The translations under genes and the position numbers were made by a program. DNA of 32,000 nucleotides from Acaryochloris marina MBIC11017 (GTDB lineage Bacteria; Cyanobacteriota; Cyanobacteriia; Thermosynechococcales; Thermosynechococcaceae): assembly GCF_000018105.1 (NCBI RefSeq), contig NC_009927.1, forward strand, positions 324,088-356,087. The letters are read 5' to 3'. Under the pieces are notes generated by a model. The model saw nothing but the letters and a program-made list of their open reading frames with translations. It was not told the origin of the DNA and ran no database searches. This document shows, piece by piece, positions 9,273 to 16,197 of this stretch (the first letter of the stretch is position 1; every line of letters starts with the position of its first letter).

Positions 9273-9674
9273 ATGCCGATACTTAGTGATTTCACGACTA
9301 TCGTTGGCAATCAAAGAATACTTATTGGTGATAATTCCAATAGTAGTGGTTTCACATCAAACTTTAGGACTGCAGAGAGAAGAAGCGATCGAAATGCATT
9401 CATCTCTTTCATGGTAAGAGGTATGACTCAAACAGACGAAAATGCTGAAGTCTTTGTTAATGATATACGAATTGGAAGTCTAGAGAATAACAATGGAGGT
9501 AATATAAATCTATGGCATACACAGTCAATAACACTCTCTGGGGATCGCTTAAATGACGGAGAAAATACCTTAAGAGTAGACACTGTACCAATAGCTCCTG
9601 GCACCCAAGGAGTTGGAAATTTTGATGATTTTTTTATAACGAATGTGATTTGTCATTTTCATCAAGATTCCTAG
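9273..9674 (+). CDS. Hypothetical 133-aa protein, probably an all-beta fold
   Basis: ORF with a GGAGA SD 6 nt upstream of the ATG. Preceded by repeat module A. Contains EVFVNDIRIGSL...WHTQSITLSGDRLNDGENTLRV, which is reminiscent of jelly-roll/lectin-like strands but is not assignable by eye. Confidence 0.6.
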   Translation: MPILSDFTTIVGNQRILIGDNSNSSGFTSNFRTAERRSDRNAFISFMVRGMTQTDENAEVFVNDIRIGSLENNNGGNINLWHTQSITLSGDRLNDGENTLRVDTVPIAPGTQGVGNFDDFFITNVICHFHQDS

Positions 9675-10166
9675 AAATAAGCTTGTTAGTTCGGATTTTG
9701 TGAGAAGTTTGCTAAACTCTTTTCTTCATAAATATTCTGAAACAGGTAGAGTCTATGATGCTCCCACTCTTGATCATCATTGAACTTCCTAGTTAAGGAT
9801 GTAAAGCTATTTACCTTCTTGTAACTAATGAGGTAAATCATTAGAAACTAATCGCCAAAGGAATTATATTCCGAGATTATCTGGACAGACTTATAGCTTA
9901 ATACTCTAGAACTCTTTTCTTCTTGATTTACTAATTGTTATGAATTTTATGTATTTTAAGAGGATTGATGGCACAACTTTTTGCGCAATATTAGCAGCTA
10001 ATTCTAGCACAATATTAGCAACCAACTAGAGCGCAGAGTGAGATACACTTTGCTTTTCTAATGTTCTACAGGGTAGGAATAATAGACTAAGTTGAGAAAA
10101 CTATGTATTCTTGGCACTTTGGCTGTCATTATGCGCAGACAAATAATTAACTATTAGGAGACAATC

Positions 10167-10523
10167 ATGACTAAGACTAAATCTATTTCGGATGCACATC
10201 AGCGCGTTTTTAAACTTGATGTGGAAGAAGTAATGAAGATCGTAAAACGTGGTAAACCCTTGACAGCCGATGAACTCGAAAAGTACGGACCTGATGAATT
10301 CTATTTAGCCGATCAGGTACCTGAAGAGCCTGCTTTGCATAGGAATATTCCGTTACCCGCTGAAGTAGGTGACCGTATTTTCCCAAATGTGGTCTTAGTA
10401 AGTCCATTCTTCTGCTGGTGTTCAAGCTATACATGGTGTCTCGAAATTGATGAATTTGGGCGATTACGTTATGTGTTGAAGTGCAATTACTGGTGCATTC
10501 CGCAGTTCCAAGTTTCGGCATAG
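10167..10523 (+). CDS. Hypothetical 118-aa protein with a hydrophilic N-terminal part and a Cys/Trp-rich C-terminal 40 aa
   Basis: AGGAG SD 6 nt upstream of the ATG. C-terminal tail is VSPFFCWCSSYTWCLEIDEFGRLRYVLKCNYWCIPQFQVSA, with Cys at aa 83, 85, 91, 106 and 110 and Trp at aa 84, 90 and 109. Confidence 0.6.
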   Translation: MTKTKSISDAHQRVFKLDVEEVMKIVKRGKPLTADELEKYGPDEFYLADQVPEEPALHRNIPLPAEVGDRIFPNVVLVSPFFCWCSSYTWCLEIDEFGRLRYVLKCNYWCIPQFQVSA

Positions 10524-10777
10524 AATTTTGGGGCTACATGATTAAGCGGAAATATTATTATTCCTTTATGATTTTGATGTAGTCCTGAAAATCATTTCCT
10601 AAACTTTAGACCCTGAAAAAATCGATTGATAGCTATGGATTATTTGCCTTCCTGTTGCTCTATTAGATACTGGTCTCTTAAGAGGATCTAGATTACCGTA
10701 ACCCTTGCGCAATAAACATTTGAATCTTCTCTCGTTATTTACTTTTAATCCCACATAACTAAATGATTTTGACCGCT

Positions 10778-10990
10778 CTAGATCCTGGTAATAGACCAGT
10801 GCCTAATGGGTAACTCTTTCTGCTGACACCCCAGATACAGAAACTTCAAAATGTAGTTGAATATCTTGAACAGAAAGAGCTTAAGCTGAGGCCCTCTAGT
10901 TCCGATGTGTAGATGTGGCAAGGCAAATGTTTCAAACTGCTCTAGGGTCAAGCAGGTTGGAATCCATTGATTGGAATGGGTTTGGGTATC
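10778..10990 (-). pseudogene. Relic of an IS5-family (DUF4096-type N-terminus) transposase, N-terminal ~70 codons only
   Basis: My minus-strand translation reads RADTQTHSNQWIPTCLTLEQFETFALPHLHIGTRGPQLKLFLFKIFNYILKFLYLGCQQKELPIRHWSITRI*. This matches the remembered consensus LT.EQF..FVLPHL..G.RGP...L.KIFNYILK.LYTGCQWK.LPI. There is no Met, the frame is bounded by stops, and the conserved W is replaced (QWK becomes QQK). Confidence 0.55.
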
Positions 10991-11042
10991 TGCCCTCTAA
11001 ACGAACGTCAAACTAAAAGACTGAACTCATTTTAGTTAATAT

Positions 11043-11280
11043 CTCAAATTAAAAAAGTTAGAGGAACCTCTATCTTTGAAACCTACCCCTAACTTTCAAC
11101 ATCTTAATTTAAAAGGGTTCTAAGGTAAGGAAACTACTTCTTGCGTAGTGATAGTTTCCTTAACTACCTTGAAAGTATGAAGTCTTAAAGAGCTAACTTC
11201 ATATAAACCCAGTAACAGCATAAATTTATTCAGATATATCTGAATAAAATAGCAGTGGCAATGCAAACTCTATCCAATTT
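11043..11280 (+). repeat. Copy B of the ~220-bp conserved non-coding module, upstream of the PatA/PatG-family protease
   Basis: See copy A. It also contains an 11-bp hairpin stem (11126-11136 pairing with 11152-11162) and a perfect 24-bp palindrome at 11225-11248. Confidence 0.65.
11225..11248. promoter_or_regulatory. Perfect 24-bp palindrome TTTATTCAGATATATCTGAATAAA, a candidate dimeric-regulator operator ~85 nt upstream of the protease ATG
   Basis: The reverse complement of the first 12 nt equals the last 12 nt exactly. The equivalent position in copy A (about 9098-9117, tattctaatatatctgaaca) keeps the right half-site TATCTGAA, but the left half is degenerate. Confidence 0.4.
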
Positions 11281-11332
11281 CAGCCTTGTTTGAGAGTGTA
11301 ATGTTTCGATTACAGCTTTGAGGTTATCTGTT

Positions 11333-13294
11333 ATGACCAGTGCCATTAACACTAAACCTATTTTAATAGCAGGTCTATCTGATCTTTGGGTAGAAACTAT
11401 TGGAGATCCTCAGATTAGTATTGCTATTTTAGATGGTTTCGTAGATCAATCTCACCCTAGTCTTGCTGAAGCTAAACTTACAAATTTAGAAACTATTGCC
11501 TTAAAGGCTTCCCAGCAAGGTTCAGCAGCTCAACATGGTACCCAAATTGCAAGTATTATCTTTGGTCAGCATCAAAGTTTACTCAAGGGTATTGCTCCCC
11601 AATGTCGAGGTTTGGTGATTCCTATCTTTGCTGACGGGAATCAGCAGGCAATAGATAACAATAAGTTCTCAGAGACCATTGCCCCTTGCTCCCAACTAGA
11701 TCTTGCCAGAGCTATTCTTTTAGCGGCAAATCAAGGTGCCCATATTATTAACATCAGTGGTGGACAGCTCACGCCTAGTGGAGCGGCAGATCCGATTCTC
11801 ACTAATGCTGTTCGCTATTGTATGGAGAACAACATCCTGATTGTGGCAGCAGCAGGAAATGAAGGATGCAACTGTCTGCATGTACCTGGCGCTCTACCAT
11901 CTGTTCTGGTAGTAGGTGCAATGAGTGCTACAGGAACCCCCTTAAATTTTAGCAATTGGGGTGAAGCTTACCGGACTCAAGGAGTCTTGGCATTGGGTGA
12001 AAATATCCCCGGAGCTGTTCTTGGTGGAGGAATTACATCCAGTAGTGGAACTAGCTATGCCACAGCGATCGTTTCTGGCATAGCAGCATTACTGCTGAGC
12101 CTGCAAGTCAAACGAGGGCAGACTCCCAATCCTCAAGCAATTCGAACCGCTATTTTGCAGAGCGCACTTCCCTGCGATGATCGGCCTGCTCTAGAATGTC
12201 GCCGTTTTTTAGCAGGCCGCCTCAATGTAAAAGAAGCGCTGTCCATCATTTTACAAAAAGGAGAAACTATGAGTGAAAATATAGACGTAGAAACGGTACA
12301 ACCTGACTCTAATGGAGCTGTGCAGGCAGCGCTGTCATCAAATCAATCCCAGATTCCGGCTGTTCAGGCAGCGACGTATAATCCTCCCCCTACTGAGGTA
12401 ATGCCTCATCCCGCACAAGCGCAAATAAGTTTATTAACTCAGGTAAGTCCAAGTGCCATTTCTCCATCTGCATGTAGTTGTGGAGAGGGAGGTAAAACAT
12501 CATCACAAGCACCTAGTCAAGCACAGCTAGTTTATGCTCTGGGACAGCTAGGGTATGACTTTGGTACGGAAGCACGCCAAGATTCGATTCAGGAACACAT
12601 GGGCGAAGGAGCTAATCCTCACGATCCTCGACAATTTTTACCATACCTAGATGAAAATCCTTGGGATGCAGCTATGGTCGTCTGGACGCTTAGTTTAGAT
12701 GCCACACCAATCTACGCAATTCAACCTTTTGGAGCTTATGCCGAACAAGGATATGAGCGATTGCGACAGTTTCTTAAGGAGCAATTAGAAGAGGGTGTTG
12801 AACGTATTTCGGCTCCTGGTGTCATCGTAGGACAAGTAACGTTGATGTCTGGTCAAACTGTGCCTGTGATTCTGCCAACACTTCGCTGCATGTATAGCTG
12901 GACGACATCAGCATTGATTAAAACAGTTTGTGGTGAGTCTCCTGATGAGTCTGCCGTTCAAGGGGTAACCAACTTCTTGGAAAGAGTTTATTACGAGCTG
13001 AGAAATCTAGGAATAATGCCTCAAGAAAGAGCGATCAATTATGCAGCAACAAATGCTTTAAATATCGAGCGCATTTTTGAGGCAGCCATTCTAGAAGAGA
13101 TGGATCTCGATTCAATTGAAGTGGAACCGAGTCCCCTCTGTCGTCAGGACTCTGAGTGCTGGGATGTGAAACTGACGTTTTTCAATCCCAGGCGAGTGTT
13201 CGAACAAGCTAGAAAAGTTTATCGCTTCACAGTTGATGTGAGTGATATGTGTCCGGTGAGTGTGGGGAGAGTGAGATCGTGGTTTGTGAGGTAA
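11333..13294 (+). CDS. PatA/PatG-family cyanobactin-type maturation protease: an N-terminal subtilisin (S8) domain plus the C-terminal PatA/PatG DUF domain
   Basis: Catalytic triad blocks are AILDGFVDQSHP (Asp), AAQHGTQIASIIFGQH (His) and SGTSYATAIVSGIAALLLS (Ser). After a P/A/Q/S-rich linker comes LVYALGQLGYDFGTEARQDSIQEHM...WTLSLDATPIYAIQP...ERISAPGVIVGQVTLMSGQTVPVI, which closely resembles the PatA/PatG C-terminal domain as I remember it. The track ORF starts at TTG 11318, but ATG 11333 is more likely. Confidence 0.85.
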   Translation: MTSAINTKPILIAGLSDLWVETIGDPQISIAILDGFVDQSHPSLAEAKLTNLETIALKASQQGSAAQHGTQIASIIFGQHQSLLKGIAPQCRGLVIPIFADGNQQAIDNNKFSETIAPCSQLDLARAILLAANQGAHIINISGGQLTPSGAADPILTNAVRYCMENNILIVAAAGNEGCNCLHVPGALPSVLVVGAMSATGTPLNFSNWGEAYRTQGVLALGENIPGAVLGGGITSSSGTSYATAIVSGIAALLLSLQVKRGQTPNPQAIRTAILQSALPCDDRPALECRRFLAGRLNVKEALSIILQKGETMSENIDVETVQPDSNGAVQAALSSNQSQIPAVQAATYNPPPTEVMPHPAQAQISLLTQVSPSAISPSACSCGEGGKTSSQAPSQAQLVYALGQLGYDFGTEARQDSIQEHMGEGANPHDPRQFLPYLDENPWDAAMVVWTLSLDATPIYAIQPFGAYAEQGYERLRQFLKEQLEEGVERISAPGVIVGQVTLMSGQTVPVILPTLRCMYSWTTSALIKTVCGESPDESAVQGVTNFLERVYYELRNLGIMPQERAINYAATNALNIERIFEAAILEEMDLDSIEVEPSPLCRQDSECWDVKLTFFNPRRVFEQARKVYRFTVDVSDMCPVSVGRVRSWFVR

Positions 13295-13363
13295 CTAACT
13301 TCACTGCTGTAATGGTTTCTTGAATCAAGATTACTCAATTTATAGTTTTAGGAGAATAACAAG

Positions 13364-13552
13364 ATGAGAATTCCAAACCAGTCTATTGGTCAGATACGTT
13401 CTAACCCTGCAATAGAGAAAACCGCTGTCTCAGGAGGTGTACAGCCTTCTGGCCCCGGTTTGGGAAGGCTTTGTAACGAAATTTGCCGTTCTCCAGGAGG
13501 AGGAGGGGTTTGTCCTTTGTGTGAATTTCTCTCACTCGTACCTGGTTTCTAA
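13364..13552 (+). CDS. 62-aa Cys-rich small ORF, a candidate precursor or secreted peptide
   Basis: AGGAG at 13350-13354, 9 nt before the ATG. Sequence is MRIPNQSIGQIRSNPAIEKTAVSGG/VQPSGPGLGRLCNEICRSPGGGGVCPLCEFLSLVPGF, with a CxxxC...CxxC pattern. A perfect terminator hairpin follows ~20 nt after the stop. It starts 69 nt after the protease stop. Confidence 0.5.
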   Translation: MRIPNQSIGQIRSNPAIEKTAVSGGVQPSGPGLGRLCNEICRSPGGGGVCPLCEFLSLVPGF

Positions 13553-13573
13553 GGTAAAACTTGATCAACGGTG

Positions 13574-13605
13574 ATGTTTTGGGTGAGAGGATTCACCCAA
13601 AACAT
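13574..13605 (+). terminator. Strong stem-loop (13-bp perfect stem, 6-nt loop) closing the protease/small-ORF unit
   Basis: atgttttgggtga (13574-13586), gaggat loop, tcacccaaaacat (13593-13605). The downstream sequence is only weakly T-rich (ttctcgcaactgatttcggattttt), so it may act as an intrinsic terminator or as an RNA-stabilising hairpin. Confidence 0.55.
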
Positions 13606-13861
13606 TCTCGCAACTGATTTCGGATTTTTATATGGTTAACCTGAAATATTGGCTGTTAATGAAAAAACCCGAATCACAACACATCACTTTCTTCCTCTAA
13701 AACCTCAAACCGTCTTGTTTGAATTCCATTAAAAGAGGATGCACTACCTACAACTCGCTATCGACTGAACAGCCTTATAGAAAGGGATATAAACTCTTTC
13801 AGCAAGCCCATGCCATGAATATTTTGATTAGACGATATCTTATTACCGAAAGGAAAATACC

Positions 13862-14401
13862 ATGAGCAACGAACTTTTTATCAAAGGTCCTCACGTCCCG
13901 ATTGAGGAACGTGCGCTGGAACGATTAAAGCGTGCAGTGGAACTGGGTGAACTTGAAAAACTACCGAATACTCCGGGTATTCCCAACGTGCCGCGCTACC
14001 TGGTCACGTATATGAACTCACAAACTGTGAATACTCAGATGCGCTCAGCCACGGTCGTATCCGTGACCAACCAGAGTAATTTAATCAATCGAGTATTTGT
14101 TACATTCTTTAAGGGTTTCACGGACGACTCATCACCGATCGGAACTGCAGCGTTTGCTATCCCACCACAGTTCACGGTAGATTTTGCATCACGAAGCCTA
14201 CCCAGTGAATTGACGGTTACAAATGCTGTTCCAAATCCAGAATTAACTTTCGACGAGGGTCGTGCAATTGTATCGTCGATGTGGCCGGAAATTGGCGTGA
14301 GCGCACGTGTCTACTACACGGCTGGTGACAATGATGAGCGCCTACATGCCATCACCGACTCAAAAGTAGTCATTTATAGTAGAAGCAATAGCGGAGACTG
14401 A
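13862..14401 (+). CDS. Hypothetical 179-aa protein with codon usage unlike its neighbours
   Basis: ORF with a weak AAGGA SD. Many CCG/ACG/GCG/CGT/CTG codons, unlike the A/T-ending codons of the adjacent cassette genes. No recognisable motif. Confidence 0.6.
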   Translation: MSNELFIKGPHVPIEERALERLKRAVELGELEKLPNTPGIPNVPRYLVTYMNSQTVNTQMRSATVVSVTNQSNLINRVFVTFFKGFTDDSSPIGTAAFAIPPQFTVDFASRSLPSELTVTNAVPNPELTFDEGRAIVSSMWPEIGVSARVYYTAGDNDERLHAITDSKVVIYSRSNSGD

Positions 14402-14745
14402 CTACAGGGTCTAAGGATAACGAAGGCACCAAAAACGGCAAGGCAGCAATTTTGAGTTGTTCAATCTAGTAGAGGTAGATTCCCTGCTGCTTCCAGTGAA
14501 AAAATGGGATTACAATCCAAGTCTACGGTTTGGGAGCAAATCGTATTCCATACCCCGTCTGCTTGCAGCGGGGCAGTTGATTGACTTTTCCTTAGTAGAG
14601 GATATCTGCATGACCCCCAACTCGTCTCACTGAAGCCCAAACCACCAGCCGCCCCCCGCTGAAACCCTCGACGAACACCAGCACAACCATCACATACCCG
14701 GATAAGGTATCATTTCCGACCATCGCTCGAAACGATGATCTGCCA

Positions 14746-15228
14746 GTGAAGCGCAAGGTAGCTCCAGAGCCTGGAGACGATGATCGCAACCCCGAACCTA
14801 CCCTCAGATACAGCCGCAGAGAATCCACCGACACCCAGAGAACACAGCGAGGGTATTCAGCTCGGCATACAACTAGTAGAACCCGACCCCCCAGAGTCTC
14901 CAGAGCATTTGAGTCCAAGTTCAATGCCCTTGAGCGCAGACAGAAGAATTTGGTTCAGCAGACCAAGCAAAAGGGTCAGCTTGAGTATCTGACCGTTTCC
15001 AAAAGCAGCTCAGGGAATTATTGGATCACCATCGAAGGTAGTGGTAAGCCATTCATCAAAATTTCGTTTGAAACGCCCGAGTTTTGCTTCGAGTGCGCTT
15101 TGGAGCTAGAGAATACGTTCGACGTGTTGCAGGTTTTAAGACTGCGGCCAGGGGAAACTATCGAGCGGATCGAGGAAATGATCGGGGTGTGGTTGGAGCG
15201 GGAGAGGGGGAGTAGGGCTTGGGGATGA
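14746..15228 (+). CDS. Hypothetical protein; the start is uncertain (GTG), and the C-terminal ~70 aa is conserved in a downstream truncated paralog
   Basis: The C-terminal block GSGKPFIKISFETPEFCFECALELENTFDVLQVLRLRPGETIERIEEMIGVWLERERGSRAWG recurs at 15690-15908. The N-terminal R/T/P-rich part is GC-rich and open in several frames, so the true start is unclear. Confidence 0.45.
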   Translation: MKRKVAPEPGDDDRNPEPTLRYSRRESTDTQRTQRGYSARHTTSRTRPPRVSRAFESKFNALERRQKNLVQQTKQKGQLEYLTVSKSSSGNYWITIEGSGKPFIKISFETPEFCFECALELENTFDVLQVLRLRPGETIERIEEMIGVWLERERGSRAWG

Positions 15229-15689
15229 TAGGTTGTGGGCACCCAGCTTGTTTTCCTGTTTTAATAGTCGCTTGGGGAGAATAGCGGTTTTAGTGTAATT
15301 TGTGTAATCAAGATTTTGGTCACACATTCTGCAATCATATCAACTCAGATTTTGACCTTTAAAGTAGATGCATGGTTGGCATGTGTGACATTTTTATCGA
15401 ATCACGGATGTGTTCCATTACTGGGATAGAATTATTGTCAAGAGACTAACAACATCTCGCTTAGAAATTTCCGGGGGAAATGATATGTGGTCACATTTAG
15501 ATCGTTCTTTGGGATTATTTAGCTTAATCGCTGCACTGACCTTAGTTATTGTAGAGCCATTAACCAGTGGGGATTGGCAGTCTAAACCAAAGTCTAACTC
15601 TGCCTCGGATAAAATCATTCTAAGTCAAAAACCTGCTAGCTCTTTATCAGAGCATCTTCTGAGATAACGAATCAGGGAAGCCTAAATAA

Positions 15690-15908
15690 TTTACAGCTAT
15701 TGCCAGAAACATAGTAGGCAGTGGAAAGCCGCTCATCAGAATTCCGTTTGAAAGTCCTGAATTCTACTTTGAGTGTGCGTTGGAATTGGAGGATACTTTC
15801 GATGTGTTGCAGGTAATTGAGCTGCGGCCAGGGGAAACTATTGAGCGGATTGAGGAGATGATCGGGGTGTGGTTGGATCGGGAGCGGGTGAGTAGGGTTT
15901 GGGGGTGA
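15690..15908 (+). pseudogene. Truncated paralog (C-terminal 72 codons, no start codon) of the 14746-15228 gene
   Basis: My translation reads FTAIARNIVGSGKPLIRIPFESPEFYFECALELEDTFDVLQVIELRPGETIERIEEMIGVWLDRERVSRVWG*. It is bounded upstream by TAA at 15687-15689 and has no ATG/GTG/TTG. The track's minus-strand ORF 15672-15956 is its antisense shadow. Confidence 0.55.
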
Positions 15909-15918
15909 GGGTGATGCT

Positions 15919-16197
15919 TTAAGCTTTATCCTTCTGCTTGTCGAGAGGCCCTCCAAGAGACACGTTTATTCCAAGTAAGCCGAGCATTCCAATGATGATC
16001 ATAACGATGCCTACATACATTAAGGGGATTCCGCTAAGGGTCCAATTTTCTCCAATAATGATGGTGATCAAACCACCGATAATCGACCAAAAACAAGCGA
16101 AGGTGCGGCCTTTTTGACGATGCCGGACTATTTCGGCTTGATCAGGAGGAAGACCCGTTTGGGGTGAACGTCCGTCTATAGTGAGATAGTTGTGAAT
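15919..16197 (-). pseudogene. Start-less fragment of a small two-TM membrane protein abutting the IS110-family element
   Basis: My translation reads IHNYLTIDGRSPQTGLPPDQAEIVRHRQKGRTFACFWSIIGGLITIIIGENWTLSGIPLMYVGIVMIIIGMLGLLGINVSLGGPLDKQKDKA*. The frame is open from a TGA at 16198-16200, and the only Met codons are late and internal. Confidence 0.35.

Noticed and set aside
8918-11280. The duplicated 220-bp modules as the terminus of the IS5-like element whose relic lies at 10778-10990
   Set aside because: The similarity between the copies extends away from the transposase relic, not into it, and copy A has no transposase remnant next to it. I cannot fully exclude this without genome-wide copy data, so it is listed as a refutation test in the findings.
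14592-14992. Overlapping ORFs 14592-14924 (minus strand) and 14780-14992 (plus strand)
   Set aside because: GC-rich DNA is open in several frames. There are no motifs and no SD, and the ORFs are mutually exclusive with the 14746-15228 frame, whose C-terminus is supported by a paralog.
15410-15667. 85-aa ORF between the two paralog copies, with a hydrophobic stretch LGLFSLIAALTLVIV
   Set aside because: It has no SD and an AT-rich, odd composition. It could be a small membrane peptide starting at the internal Met, but nothing in the sequence supports it beyond being open.
15010-15908. The duplicated gene tail as a DGR variable-repeat/template-repeat pair
   Set aside because: The differences between the copies are of all types (C/T, A/G, G/T) rather than confined to adenines of one copy, and there is no reverse transcriptase gene in the window.
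15672-15956. Minus-strand 94-aa ORF
   Set aside because: It is antisense to the truncated paralog, whose plus-strand translation is 70-80 percent identical by eye to the 14746-15228 C-terminus.
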